DNA from: Candidatus Latescibacterota bacterium
Lineage (GTDB): Bacteria > Latescibacterota > UBA2968
Assembly (NCBI GenBank): GCA_965207885.1
Contig: OZ242311.1
Coordinates: forward strand, 5,504,001-5,568,000
Direction: 5' to 3'
Length of the DNA stretch: 64,000 nt
The position numbers were made by a program, and so were the translations under genes. The notes beneath the pieces are model-generated. The model worked only from the letters and a program-made list of their open reading frames with translations. It made no database searches and was not told the DNA's origin. Position 1 is the first letter of the stretch; each line of letters opens with the position of its first letter. Positions 1-10,783 of this stretch are shown piece by piece.

Positions 1-595
1 GATCAAAAAAAACCGCACTACCTTTCGGCACACACACCTGCATACCGCCCTCGGGCATTTCTGAGCGACTTTCGCCCGGAAACACATTGCCCAGATGCGA
101 ACCGGGGACCACAACAAAATTCCCGCGACCAGGCTCTGATGCATCCGTCAAAAAGAACGCCACCTTCAGCGAAATCCTCGGACGCGGATTCGTCTCAATA
201 TCGAGATTGAGGCGACCGCTATCCTGGTGAAATCCAAGCCCCGGACCATCCTTCTCAAGCGACTTTCCCGGACCAACAGGAGGCGTCACAATCATATGAG
301 AATGATAAAGCTGAATATTCCAATTCAGCAACCCCCATACCTTTGGAAAAGTCTTATACCAATCGAGCAACTCCAAAAACAAATCATCCTGCCCGATAAA
401 ATCCAGCATATTCGACCGCTGATCTGGCCCCATGCCCTCTCGCTCTCGATACGCGCCATCCACCCGATCTACAACCGGCACCAACTCATCCACCAGATCC
501 TCTGGCAACACGCTCTCAAGAATAAAAAACCCATCGCGTTCAAACTTCAACCGCTCCTCTTCGGTCACACAATAATCCAGACATCTCGCGTCCAT
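1..595 (-). CDS. PhyH-family Fe(II)/2-oxoglutarate dioxygenase, 3' end runs off the window
   Basis: Not in ORF track; manual translation MDARCLDYCVTEEERLKFERDGFFILE...GFHQDSG...LKVAFFLTD...VVPGSH...PKGSAVFFD; GAGGAGG RBS upstream of ATG 595. Confidence 0.85.
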   Translation of the reverse strand, partial: MDARCLDYCVTEEERLKFERDGFFILESVLPEDLVDELVPVVDRVDGAYREREGMGPDQRSNMLDFIGQDDLFLELLDWYKTFPKVWGLLNWNIQLYHSHMIVTPPVGPGKSLEKDGPGLGFHQDSGRLNLDIETNPRPRISLKVAFFLTDASEPGRGNFVVVPGSHLGNVFPGESRSEMPEGGMQVCVPKGSAVFFD

Positions 596-666
596 AACAC
601 AAGCCTCCTCTAACTCTGTGTGAGTGGAAAACCCCTCTCCCAATTCTCCCACACCTGCACATCAAC

Positions 667-1560
667 TCATACAACCTCCTCTTCAAGCTCTGCCAAACGC
701 GCCTTCTGCTCCACCAGCATGCGCTCTCGCTCGCGGCGGAACTCCGTATAATACCGCTCTCGCTTGCCCGTAATGCGGTAATCCAATCGCTCGACACCCA
801 GCGCCCTCAACACCACTCTCTCCACCAGTGAAAAATCATCGGGATCCTCGCGATTGAAATTCATAGGCTCTTTAAACGCAACCGGAGGATTCGTAATAAA
901 CCGCGGACGCCCCGAAGGATTTGGCGCAGCAGAATGCAACATATACGGATGAATCAGATACACCTCGCCTGCATTACCCGTCGCCTCGACAAACTCCTCA
1001 CATCCCTCAATCATCTTCCCAAACGAACCCGTCGGTTCCAGACCCTCGGGATGATCGTACAAAAACCGCGCAACTTTAGGAATCGAATCCGGCGCGAGAT
1101 ACGTACCGCCGCTATTGGGCAACACATCATCCCAAACCACAACCGTCAACAAACCCTGCTCTGGACTATCCAGAAAATGCCGGAAAAAATTGCCATCCTT
1201 GTGCCATCCCCCATGCTTTGCCGACGGAACATAGGGATCATCGGCATCTTTGTGGAAATTAATAATAAACCCATCCCCCCACGAAGGCTCACCCTCAATG
1301 CGCTCTGCCCCGCCCATCACATCGCATATCCCATCCCATGCTTTTGGCGCGAGATCGGCAACTGCCCGCCGATTCATTGACGGCATGTGAATGCGATCTT
1401 CGACCCAGGTCGTGGGATCATCCCTGTCATACCCCAAACGCAGATATGCCAGATCGAGCCAATCCTGAATCTCCGCCTTCTCAAAACACCCCTCTATCTT
1501 CACATATCCCTTCTCCACAAAATGCGCTGCCTGCGCGTCTGTCAATACCTTGAATTCCAC
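667..1560 (-). CDS. PhyH-family dioxygenase
   Basis: FVEKGYV start motif, WHKDG and MLH Fe-binding triad; GGAGG RBS before GTG. Confidence 0.8.
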   Translation of the reverse strand: MEFKVLTDAQAAHFVEKGYVKIEGCFEKAEIQDWLDLAYLRLGYDRDDPTTWVEDRIHMPSMNRRAVADLAPKAWDGICDVMGGAERIEGEPSWGDGFIINFHKDADDPYVPSAKHGGWHKDGNFFRHFLDSPEQGLLTVVVWDDVLPNSGGTYLAPDSIPKVARFLYDHPEGLEPTGSFGKMIEGCEEFVEATGNAGEVYLIHPYMLHSAAPNPSGRPRFITNPPVAFKEPMNFNREDPDDFSLVERVVLRALGVERLDYRITGKRERYYTEFRRERERMLVEQKARLAELEEEVV

Positions 1561-1571
1561 ATCAACCTCCT

Positions 1572-2492
1572 TTACTCAACCTTCAAATGCTTAAAAAAGA
1601 ACGCCAACATCGCCTGATTCGCATTCCCCGGCGGTGGCGATCCCATCTTCGGCAAATACATCTCCACCTCCACACCCGCTTCATCGCACCGCTCTTTGAT
1701 CGCAATTGAATGTTTGGGATGATGAACATAATGACCGCGATTTTGGGGCACCCCACCCCTTTGACTACAAAACAAAAACACAGGTGGATCGTCTTTAGTA
1801 ATCAACCCGCGCATATCCACATCCGCCCGAATCTGTTTGCCCTTTTCGGTCTCAGCTTCATCAAACGTAGCCAGACCGTAAAACGAGACATCCCTCGAAT
1901 AAAAATTCTCAGCAGGCAAACCGAGCACAGACTCCCATTGAAATATATCATAGGAAAACTGACCATTGCGAGACCCCGCCGCCACAATGCGCGAAGACTG
2001 GCGAAGCACGGGATCTTCACTATCGGGATCGGCCAGATCATCGTGAAAAGCCAGCCACATCGAAGTCCCCGCACCGGCAGAGCCACCATAAGAAGCGATG
2101 CGTTTGGGATCGACGTGCCACGCCTCGGCATTGTACCTGATAAACTGCACTGCCCGCGCCGCATCGCGCAAAATATCCTGTATGGGTGCAGTATTTTTAA
2201 ACCTGTAGTTAATCGCCGCAAATGAAACGCCCTTTTCCAAACAAGTCTCAACAACCACACTGCCGCGAACACCCCTTTTATTACCACCGACAAACCCACC
2301 CCCGTGAATAAAAATCAAAACAGGTGCTGGCGCATCCGACTCTGCCCTCCAGAAATCCAGCACATTGCGCTCATAAGGTCCATAAGCCACATTCTCCAGC
2401 GTGGGCGGCGTCCCTTTTCTCTCAGCCTCCTGAGCATATACACCTGTTGCCCCGATTAAAATGAAGCATAAAATCCATCTTCCAACGCGCAT
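1572..2492 (-). CDS. Secreted alpha/beta hydrolase (HSL/BD-FAE-like esterase)
   Basis: Signal peptide, HGGGF oxyanion motif, GGSAGA nucleophile elbow. Confidence 0.85.
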   Translation of the reverse strand: MRVGRWILCFILIGATGVYAQEAERKGTPPTLENVAYGPYERNVLDFWRAESDAPAPVLIFIHGGGFVGGNKRGVRGSVVVETCLEKGVSFAAINYRFKNTAPIQDILRDAARAVQFIRYNAEAWHVDPKRIASYGGSAGAGTSMWLAFHDDLADPDSEDPVLRQSSRIVAAGSRNGQFSYDIFQWESVLGLPAENFYSRDVSFYGLATFDEAETEKGKQIRADVDMRGLITKDDPPVFLFCSQRGGVPQNRGHYVHHPKHSIAIKERCDEAGVEVEMYLPKMGSPPPGNANQAMLAFFFKHLKVE

Positions 2493-2507
2493 TGCTTCCT
2501 CCTATTC

Positions 2508-3344
2508 CTAAACTTCAACCGTCCACGGAACCTGCTCGGGCGTCACCCCGTGCTCCTCTGCCCAATCGGTAAGCGGATACGTATTTGGCCTCGCACTCAA
2601 GTTGGGATTATCGCTCAACTGCACATCCAGAAGTTGCTTCTCAATATCGCTCAAATCTGCGATCACGTCATCATCTAAATTCCCCAAATAAAAACCATTC
2701 CGAATCCAGCTATAACTATACCCAAAAATAACCACCCTGGACGTGCGATGGCTCAAATTCGGCGACTTGGTGTGAAAAATGCGATTCTCAAAAAACAGCG
2801 CATCCCCCGCCTTACACACCGGCTGCACTACCTCGGGCGGATCCACTTCACCTCTCGGAATACCCAGCGGTTCATTGAGCACATGACTCCCCCTCGCAAA
2901 CCGCGTAATCCCCGAATCTGGTCCCGGAAAATCCGTCAAACAATAACACACCTTAATCCCAACACACGGCTGATACGCATGCCCGATCTCCTGCGTAATC
3001 CCAATATCCCGATGCCAGGAACGCATCGGCTCCGTCGTCTCGGCATCCTCTGGATCCTTGTAAATAATCGCCGTATTCTGCAAATGAATATCTGGACTCA
3101 AAAGCTGAATCACCAGAGGCACTGTCCCCGAATGGGCAATCAAAGAACGAAATACAGGCTCCTCCACTATCCCATCTCGAAACTGCTTATACGCCCTTCC
3201 CCTATCATCATAAAACGCCATCATCGCATCACACGCATCCGTCAACCGCGCGATTTCCTCAGCCCCCAGAACATCCTCCACCACCAGATATCCCTCCGCA
3301 TCAAAAAACTCCCGCTGCTCATCGCTCAACTTTACAAAATCCAT
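2508..3344 (-). CDS. PhyH-family dioxygenase
   Basis: FFDAEGYL, WHRD, GSH, GDALFF..RIFH. Confidence 0.85.
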   Translation of the reverse strand: MDFVKLSDEQREFFDAEGYLVVEDVLGAEEIARLTDACDAMMAFYDDRGRAYKQFRDGIVEEPVFRSLIAHSGTVPLVIQLLSPDIHLQNTAIIYKDPEDAETTEPMRSWHRDIGITQEIGHAYQPCVGIKVCYCLTDFPGPDSGITRFARGSHVLNEPLGIPRGEVDPPEVVQPVCKAGDALFFENRIFHTKSPNLSHRTSRVVIFGYSYSWIRNGFYLGNLDDDVIADLSDIEKQLLDVQLSDNPNLSARPNTYPLTDWAEEHGVTPEQVPWTVEV

Positions 3345-3372
3345 AATAACATTCTCCTTCTCACTTCATCCT

Positions 3373-4113
3373 TCACACTTCCCAATATTCCCACATATCA
3401 TCCGGCGTCTCAAACTGCAACAGATCCCAATTTTTTGTACTCATGCGACTCACCAGAGCCATCCGTATCTGATCGCTGCAATTCGACGTACCGCTGTGAA
3501 CCATATACCCGTGCCAGATACACGCAGTCCCTGCTCGTCCGACCAACTCAACAGGTTCATTCAGATCGAAAATGCGGCCCATATCGCGCTCGACAATGCC
3601 GCCGGGATGATGCATATTGAGACCCAGCAGGGAATGCGACTTGAAAAATTCAGCAACAGCCTTATGACTACCGGGCCACAGTGTAAAACCTCCGCCACGC
3701 GGCGCCACATCACTCAGATAAACCGTCACACCAATCGTAAACCCCACGGTTGCCTGCTCGCTCTTATTATAACCATCCAGATGTGGTAACTTGATCGCCC
3801 ACTCATCGCTGCCACTGGGATACACCAGAATGGTCGAAGGATCGGCATCATCGCTCAAATCGCCAGCCAGTTCCCTGCACATCGCAAACAAATCCGTTTC
3901 GTAAAGCGTTGCGCGAATCGCGGGATGATCCCAACAATCTGGACTCCGCGGCCCGGCATCCACCCAGGTCTGTGGATCATAGCGATCTGCTTCAATATAA
4001 TGCCAAAGCGTATCGACCGCCCCTTGAATTTGACCCTCACTCAACATATTGTATCGAATGAGATAGCCATTTTCCACAAAAAAAGTTTTATCTTTAGCTG
4101 TTAAAAGTGACAT
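3373..4113 (-). CDS. PhyH-family dioxygenase (start re-assigned to ATG 4113)
   Basis: MSLLTAKDKTFFVENGYL, PHLD, WPGSH, MVH; the track extension to 4401 overlaps the sulfatase. Confidence 0.8.
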   Translation of the reverse strand: MSLLTAKDKTFFVENGYLIRYNMLSEGQIQGAVDTLWHYIEADRYDPQTWVDAGPRSPDCWDHPAIRATLYETDLFAMCRELAGDLSDDADPSTILVYPSGSDEWAIKLPHLDGYNKSEQATVGFTIGVTVYLSDVAPRGGGFTLWPGSHKAVAEFFKSHSLLGLNMHHPGGIVERDMGRIFDLNEPVELVGRAGTACIWHGYMVHSGTSNCSDQIRMALVSRMSTKNWDLLQFETPDDMWEYWEV

Positions 4114-4137
4114 ACCAACCCCTTCCGGAGATTCATA

Positions 4138-5460
4138 ATGACCAGACAACCCAACATCCTCTTTTCCATGTGCGACGACCAGCGACACGACTGCATGGGA
4201 TGTGCGGGACATCCCTTCATCGACACACCTGCTATGGACCGCCTCGCCCGTGAAGGCATCCGCTTTGCCAATGGCTTCACCGCCATACCCCTTTGCGCGC
4301 CCAGCCGCGCCAGCCATCTCTCCGGTGTTTATCCTCACACCCACCGGGCAGCACACAATCGCGCACCGATTCGCCCCGATCTCATAACCTGGCCCGAACA
4401 ATTACAAAAAGCTGGATATCGCACGGGCTTCTTTGGAAAAATACACTACGGAACCGAAGGCATTGACCTGCCCGGCGGAGATCCCAAACCCGGCTTTGAA
4501 CACTGGGTCAGTTTTCGCGGTCAAGGAGACTACGAAGACCCGATCTTTATCATCGACGGTGAGGAAGTCAAACACCAGGGATACAACACCGACCTCCTCG
4601 CCGATTACGTCGAACAATTTCTCGACCAGGACGACGACCGCCCCTGGGCAATCTGCCTGTGGTACAAAGCCCCTCACGGACCCTTCACCCCACCGCCGCG
4701 TCATGCCCATGCCTATTCCGACAACGAACTGCCCAAACCCAATGCCCTGGGCGCATCTCGCGATGGCAAAGCCAGAACCCTTCGCGAACGTCCTTACAAC
4801 TTCGAAGACAACGAACGCTACGACACCTTTATGCGCAACTACGTGCGCACCGTGCGCGGCGTAGATGATGCCCTGGGCCGGGTACTCGACAAAATTGACA
4901 CCATTGGACAAACCAACAACACACTCGTCGTACACACCAGCGACCACGGCTACTTCCACGGCGAATTTGGCCTCGGCGACAAACGCTGGATGTATGACCC
5001 ATCCATCCGCGTACCCTATCTCATGCGCTATCCCGACCTCATCGCCAACCCCGGTCGCGTAGAACACACCGACGTAATCAGCCTCGACATCCCGGCAACC
5101 ATCATGGACGTATCCGGTCTCGGCGTGCCCGATCACTACCACGGCCGCTCCCTGAGACCACGCCTGACCGACGAAGGCGAACTACCTCGAGAAGACCTCT
5201 TCTTCGAATACTTCAAAGACCCGCCCTATCCGTATTTCCCAACAATGGTCTGCTTGAGAACCCAAACCGAAAAACTCATCCACTACATCCGCGAAGGCGA
5301 AGGCGACGAATATTACGACCTCGTCAACGACCCCGACGAATACACCAACGCCATCGCCGACCCCTCTTATGCCCATCGCGTGGCCGACATGCAAAAACGG
5401 CTTTCAGACGCCCAGGAACGCTTCGCATTCACCGTTCCAGACCTCTCGAGCCAGTACTAA
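4138..5460 (+). CDS. Formylglycine-dependent sulfatase (S1)
   Basis: PNILF..DD, CAPSRAS signature, GKIH, SDHG, DKR; no signal peptide. Confidence 0.92.
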   Translation: MTRQPNILFSMCDDQRHDCMGCAGHPFIDTPAMDRLAREGIRFANGFTAIPLCAPSRASHLSGVYPHTHRAAHNRAPIRPDLITWPEQLQKAGYRTGFFGKIHYGTEGIDLPGGDPKPGFEHWVSFRGQGDYEDPIFIIDGEEVKHQGYNTDLLADYVEQFLDQDDDRPWAICLWYKAPHGPFTPPPRHAHAYSDNELPKPNALGASRDGKARTLRERPYNFEDNERYDTFMRNYVRTVRGVDDALGRVLDKIDTIGQTNNTLVVHTSDHGYFHGEFGLGDKRWMYDPSIRVPYLMRYPDLIANPGRVEHTDVISLDIPATIMDVSGLGVPDHYHGRSLRPRLTDEGELPREDLFFEYFKDPPYPYFPTMVCLRTQTEKLIHYIREGEGDEYYDLVNDPDEYTNAIADPSYAHRVADMQKRLSDAQERFAFTVPDLSSQY

Positions 5461-5480
5461 CTTCCATTAAAGGAACACAC

Positions 5481-6980
5481 ATGACCGAACGCCCCAACCT
5501 CCTGCTCATCACAACAGACACCCAGCGCTGGGACACCCTCAACTGCATGGGCAGTTCGTTTGCCCATTCACCACACGCAGATCGCCTCGCAGCCGAAGGC
5601 GTCATGTTCACACAGGGACACACGCCCTCGCCCGTATGCAACCCCTCGCGCAGCAGCCTCATCACCGGCCTGCACACCCCCATACACGGCGTATGGGAAA
5701 ACGGCATGACCCGCCTCACCCACTTCCCAACCCTACCCGACCTCCTCAAAGAACAGGGATACACCAACATCATGGTCGGCAAACAACACTTTGGACAAAC
5801 CCCCGACACCTTCGACATCATCATCGGTCAGGACGACTACAGAGAATACATCCCAAAACACGGATTCACACCCCAGGACTGCCACAAACAGCCCACACCC
5901 GTACCCGAAGAACACTTTCTCGACACCTTTTTCGCCAAACAAACCATCGAACAAATCGACAAAGTAGTTAAGCGCGATTCGGGTCCCTTCTTTGCCTTCT
6001 GCTCATTACCCGCGCCGCATCCACCCGAATGTCCACCGGGCGACTGGCTCACCTTTTACGACAACTGCGACAACCTGCCCGACCTCAATTACACCCACCG
6101 CGAAGAACAAAACCAGCCCACACACACCAAACGCCTGCTCGGCATCAAACCCGAAAACGAATGCCATCCGGGTGAAGACCCAAACACCATCAAATACTGG
6201 CGAGAAGCCATTGGCCGCATCTACGACCCGCAATACCGCGACACCATCATGGAACTCCGCAAAACCTATTATGCGTATGCCGCGTACTGCGACGCCCTCC
6301 TCGGTCGCATCCTGGACTACCTCGACCAGAATAACCTCCGGAAAAACACCCTGATCATCTTCACATCAGATCACGGACAGCAATTCTTCGACCACGGCTT
6401 TAACGACAAACACAACTTCTACGACGAATCCTGGCGCGTCCCCTTTATCATGAGCATGCCCGGCACCCTTCCGCAAGGAGAAACGCGCGACTTCGCCATC
6501 TGGAACGACATCACCACGACCCTTCTCGCGGCCGCCGGCACCGAATGCCCCTCCATGCAGGGCTTCGACCTCTTCACCCCACTCGCCAGAGGCGAACAAT
6601 CCCCCCGCCGCTGTGCCGTTGCCACCCTCTACAAATCCTGCGCCGTCGCCACCAAACGCTGGAAACTCGATTACTTTTTTGAAGAAGACGAAGGCCGTCT
6701 ATTTGACCGCATCAACGACCCCCAGGAACAAAACGACCTCTACGACCAACCGGACCATCTCGAAATCCGCAACGAACTGCGCCACGCCCTCTTATCCTGG
6801 CGCGGCGACATCGCCGACCTCAAAACCGTCCTGGAAGGCACAACAAAAAGCAGGGGACCAAACGCCCGGGGATACACCACCGTAGCCCCTCGCATTGCCC
6901 CACATACCCATCAAATGCGCGGCACCGATGCCGAACAGCGCCTCAATGAAAAATGTGAACGGATAGACGAGATGGGGTAA
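5481..6980 (+). CDS. Formylglycine-dependent sulfatase (S1)
   Basis: PNLLLITTD, CNPSRSS, GKQH, SDHG. Confidence 0.9.
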   Translation: MTERPNLLLITTDTQRWDTLNCMGSSFAHSPHADRLAAEGVMFTQGHTPSPVCNPSRSSLITGLHTPIHGVWENGMTRLTHFPTLPDLLKEQGYTNIMVGKQHFGQTPDTFDIIIGQDDYREYIPKHGFTPQDCHKQPTPVPEEHFLDTFFAKQTIEQIDKVVKRDSGPFFAFCSLPAPHPPECPPGDWLTFYDNCDNLPDLNYTHREEQNQPTHTKRLLGIKPENECHPGEDPNTIKYWREAIGRIYDPQYRDTIMELRKTYYAYAAYCDALLGRILDYLDQNNLRKNTLIIFTSDHGQQFFDHGFNDKHNFYDESWRVPFIMSMPGTLPQGETRDFAIWNDITTTLLAAAGTECPSMQGFDLFTPLARGEQSPRRCAVATLYKSCAVATKRWKLDYFFEEDEGRLFDRINDPQEQNDLYDQPDHLEIRNELRHALLSWRGDIADLKTVLEGTTKSRGPNARGYTTVAPRIAPHTHQMRGTDAEQRLNEKCERIDEMG

Positions 6981-6989
6981 ATTAAACGC

Positions 6990-7024
6990 AAAAAACTCGA
7001 GTACCCTTCGGCACCCGAGTTTTT
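6990..7024. terminator. Bidirectional intrinsic terminator
   Basis: AAAAACTCGAGT..ACCCGAGTTTTT hairpin between convergent genes. Confidence 0.7.
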
Positions 7025-7045
7025 CACTTGAACCAGCGCATCTAT

Positions 7046-8851
7046 CTACCGGTATTGAAACTCCGGCGATCCTATCAACATACTCACCACCTGCATATCT
7101 TTGCGCTGAGCATCTGCGGGAATCATCTCCTTGACCTCTGATGCAATAGCACTGGTATCTTGCGCTGGCAACAGCAACTTGCTATACATCGCCAATGCCT
7201 CTTCCGTCGTTGGCACGAGCGCGTTCTGCCTGGGCAACTGCTTCAGTACAACCCCCCCAATCCTGCCCATCGCCAGACGCACGCCAAAATTCCATCGCGC
7301 GATCAGCGTACCCGAATTTGCCCACGACTCGGCATAATCCGGAAAACCCGTGGGTGGCTCATAACCATACAGCGGCTCGCCCATGCGATAAAACCAGCCC
7401 ATCATCGGCTGTGGATTCTTCACATCGGCTTCCAATGCGCGAAGAGAACTCACCGCCAGCTCAAACGGAGACTTCATCTTGCTCCGCTTCTTCGCCTCTG
7501 CCCAAAACTCGCGGGATTGCGCCAACGTCGCCATCACAGCAGCGATATCCCCATCCGTCTTGCGAAATGTCTTTGCCATCCGCTTGACCAGCGCCTCGGG
7601 CGGATTGTCATTGATAAACCGACGCGCCAGCTTCGTAGAAATAAAATGCGCAGTTGAAGGGTGTTTGGTCAGCATATCCAGAACGCGCTCACCCTCTTCT
7701 ATGCCACCCCCTGCCGGGAACTTCTCACCCAGCACCACCTTGGCCTTTTTATCGTGCCAGGCATTGCGGAATAGAAATTCACCCTGGCGAACGAGATTCT
7801 TATTGCCATTGGCAATTGCCTTATCGGTATTCTTGCGGCCATTTCCATAAGGCATCGCAGTCCAACCCGTCAACACACGCGCAACCTCCGTAACATCACG
7901 CTGCGTGTATCCACCATCCACGCCCAGCGTGTGCAACTCCATCAACTCGCGGGCATAATTCTCATTCAAACCATACTTGCGTCTTGGAGGTGTCTTCGGC
8001 TTCGCAACAGGCTTCGGAGGAGCCTTTGCCATCTCACCACCCATCATCTCGCCACCCATCATACCACCATCCATACCGCCATCCATACCCATCTCACCCG
8101 ATGCCATCTCCTTCACAGGCTCAGGCTTTGGTTGATTCCTCGGCGGTGGCGTTGCCATACGCGACTGGGCATTATCCAGATAGTGCAACATCGCGGGATG
8201 CTTGGCTGTCGCACCCAAAATCACGCGGAACTTACCCAGCACATTGGGACGAATCGCATCGCGCTCATAGGTAAGCACGCGACTGCGCGCGCCCCCATCG
8301 CGCGTGGTCACATTGAAATGATTAAACCAGAAATCCGTCAGCACCTCGGCGAGTTGGTTCTCGCTATACACAGCCCGCATCACTTTCTGACTCCGAAGCT
8401 CCTGATTAAAAAGCGCGCCATAGGGACGCAACCCGTGCTCCTCGCGATACGCTTTCATCTTTTCCCGCATCTCTTTGAGAGGCGTCGTCGCCGGATCCAT
8501 TACCCCTTCTCTTTTCATCTGATTGCGAAGTTGACCATCTGGCATATAGATCTCGGCTATTTGTAACTGCGTCATTTTCAACGCTGGAAATGCTTCCAAT
8601 CGCTTGTCCAACTCAGCATCTGGCAAATTGCCAGCCAACTGTTGAGCCAGCCACTTCTCGAGACCCGTCTTTGCCACTTTTTCCACTTCACCAGGCCGAG
8701 GCCCAAAGGCAAAACGCTCCAGAAGATACGCTGCAGCCTGCTCCTTACTCAGCCCTTCTTTTTTATAGGGCAATTTCAAACCGGCATCCGCTGTAGCACC
8801 TGCAAGCAACGCACCACAGCACAAAACGATAAGTGAAAAACGAAATATCAT
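7046..8851 (-). CDS. DUF1800-family secreted protein, paralog 3
   Basis: Signal peptide; FWFNHFNV, PAML.YLDN, NENYARELMELHTLGV, SPEFQYR. Confidence 0.88.
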   Translation of the reverse strand: MIFRFSLIVLCCGALLAGATADAGLKLPYKKEGLSKEQAAAYLLERFAFGPRPGEVEKVAKTGLEKWLAQQLAGNLPDAELDKRLEAFPALKMTQLQIAEIYMPDGQLRNQMKREGVMDPATTPLKEMREKMKAYREEHGLRPYGALFNQELRSQKVMRAVYSENQLAEVLTDFWFNHFNVTTRDGGARSRVLTYERDAIRPNVLGKFRVILGATAKHPAMLHYLDNAQSRMATPPPRNQPKPEPVKEMASGEMGMDGGMDGGMMGGEMMGGEMAKAPPKPVAKPKTPPRRKYGLNENYARELMELHTLGVDGGYTQRDVTEVARVLTGWTAMPYGNGRKNTDKAIANGNKNLVRQGEFLFRNAWHDKKAKVVLGEKFPAGGGIEEGERVLDMLTKHPSTAHFISTKLARRFINDNPPEALVKRMAKTFRKTDGDIAAVMATLAQSREFWAEAKKRSKMKSPFELAVSSLRALEADVKNPQPMMGWFYRMGEPLYGYEPPTGFPDYAESWANSGTLIARWNFGVRLAMGRIGGVVLKQLPRQNALVPTTEEALAMYSKLLLPAQDTSAIASEVKEMIPADAQRKDMQVVSMLIGSPEFQYR

Positions 8852-8947
8852 TGCAAACCTCCTTGAAAAGCATCCGCAGATGAACGCAGATGGACACAGA
8901 TAAAAGGCAACTATATGAAGCTATCATAAAAGTTAAAAAAACCCATT

Positions 8948-8979
8948 CTGGACGCCTGCTTAGGGCATGCAGGCGTGAC
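8948..8979. repeat. REP-like palindrome, CTGGA-stem-TGAC family (variant copy)
   Basis: CTGGA CGCCTGC TTAGGGCAT GCAGGCG TGAC. Confidence 0.55.
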
Positions 8980-9015
8980 AAGATTACTGACGCTGTGCCT
9001 TATTGCACATGGAGT

Positions 9016-10770
9016 TTATCGGTATTGAAATTCCGGTGATCCTATCAACATACTGATCACCTGAACCTCTTTGCGTTTGGCATCATCTGGAATCGTCTCT
9101 TTGACCTCTGAAGCAATAGCACTCGTATCCTGAGCCGGCAACAGCAACTTGCTATACCTCGCCAATGCCTCATCCGTCGTCAGACCATCGCTATCTTGAG
9201 ACAATCGCTTCAATGCAATCCCTCTAATTTTGCCCGTAGCCAGATGGACGCCGAAATTCATTCGCGCGATCAGCGTACCCGAATTTGCCCACGACTCGGC
9301 ATAATCCGGAAAACCCGTAGGCGGCAAATAACCATACAGCGGCTCGCCCATGCGGTCAAACCAGCCCATCACCGGCAACGGATTCCGTACATCCGCTTCC
9401 AATGCGCGAAGAGAACTCACCACCAGTTCAAATGGCGACTTCATCTTACTGCGCTTCTTCGCCTCTGCCCAAAACTCGCGAGACTGCGCCAGCGTAGCCA
9501 TCACAGCAACGATATCCCCATCCGTCTTGCGAAATGTCTTCGCCATCCGCTCGACCAGCGCCTCGGGAGGATTGTCATTGATAAACCGACGCGCCAGCTT
9601 CGTAGAAATAAAACGCGCAGTTGAAGGGTGTTTGGTCAGCATATCCAGAACGCGCTCGCCCTCTTCTATGCCACCACCTGCCGGGAACTGCTCACCCAAC
9701 ACCACCTTGGCTTTTTTGTCGTGCCAGTCTCTGCGGAACACAAATTCGCCCTCGCGAATGAGTCTTTTACTTCCCCTGGCGATTTGCTTCTCGAGATTTT
9801 TACGCGCATTGTTATAAGGCATCGCAGCCCAACCCGTCAACACGCGCGCAACCTCGGTAACATCCTGCTGCGTGTATCCACCATCCACTCCGAGGGTGTG
9901 CAACTCCATCAACTCGCGGGCATAATTCTCATTCAAACCGTACTTGCGCCTGCGTTGTGGAGGGGTCTGCACCTTCGCCATGGCCTCGCCGCCCATCATA
10001 CCGCCATCCATACCCATCTCACCCGATGCCACCTCCTGTTTGGGCCTGGGTTGATTCCGCTGTGATGGCGGCGCCATACGCGACTGTGCATTATCCAGAT
10101 AATACAACATCGCAGGATGCTTCGCCGTCGCACCCAAAATCACGCGAAACTTGCCCAGCACATTGGGACGAATCGCATCGCGCTCATAGGTAAGCACATG
10201 ACTGCGCGCCCCACCATCGCGCGTGGTCACATTAAAGTGATTGAACCAGAAATCCGTCATCACCTCAGTGAGCTGATTCTCGCTATACACAGCCCGCATC
10301 AGCTTCTGACCCTTCAATTCCTTATTGTAAAGCGCATTCTGAGCACGCAACCCGTGCTTCTTGCGATACGCGCTTATCTTTTGATTCATCTCTTTGCGAT
10401 CCATCTTTGCGGCATCAATCGCGCCCTGCCTCTCCAGTATTCTGCGAATTCGCCCATTCTGCACATAGATTGCCTGCATTTCAGCCTGCGTCATCTTCAA
10501 CGCGGGAAACGCTTCCAATCGTTTGTCCAGCTCGGCATCCGGCAAATTGCCAGCCAACTGCTGAGCCAGCCACTTCTCGGGACCCATCTTTGCCACTTTT
10601 TCCACTTCACCTGGCCGCGCACCAAAAGCAAAACGCTCCAGAAGATACGCTGCCGCTTGCTCCTTATTCAGCCCTTCTTTTTTATAGGGCAATTTCAACT
10701 TAGCATCCGCCGCAGCCCCAGAAAGTAAGGCACCACAGCACAAAACAATTAGCGCAAAGCGCAATATCAT
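9016..10770 (-). CDS. DUF1800-family secreted protein, paralog 2 (start at ATG 10770)
   Basis: MILRFALIVLCC signal peptide after GGAGG RBS; same motifs as paralogs. Confidence 0.88.
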   Translation of the reverse strand: MILRFALIVLCCGALLSGAAADAKLKLPYKKEGLNKEQAAAYLLERFAFGARPGEVEKVAKMGPEKWLAQQLAGNLPDAELDKRLEAFPALKMTQAEMQAIYVQNGRIRRILERQGAIDAAKMDRKEMNQKISAYRKKHGLRAQNALYNKELKGQKLMRAVYSENQLTEVMTDFWFNHFNVTTRDGGARSHVLTYERDAIRPNVLGKFRVILGATAKHPAMLYYLDNAQSRMAPPSQRNQPRPKQEVASGEMGMDGGMMGGEAMAKVQTPPQRRRKYGLNENYARELMELHTLGVDGGYTQQDVTEVARVLTGWAAMPYNNARKNLEKQIARGSKRLIREGEFVFRRDWHDKKAKVVLGEQFPAGGGIEEGERVLDMLTKHPSTARFISTKLARRFINDNPPEALVERMAKTFRKTDGDIVAVMATLAQSREFWAEAKKRSKMKSPFELVVSSLRALEADVRNPLPVMGWFDRMGEPLYGYLPPTGFPDYAESWANSGTLIARMNFGVHLATGKIRGIALKRLSQDSDGLTTDEALARYSKLLLPAQDTSAIASEVKETIPDDAKRKEVQVISMLIGSPEFQYR

Positions 10771-10783
10771 TGCAAACCTCCAT

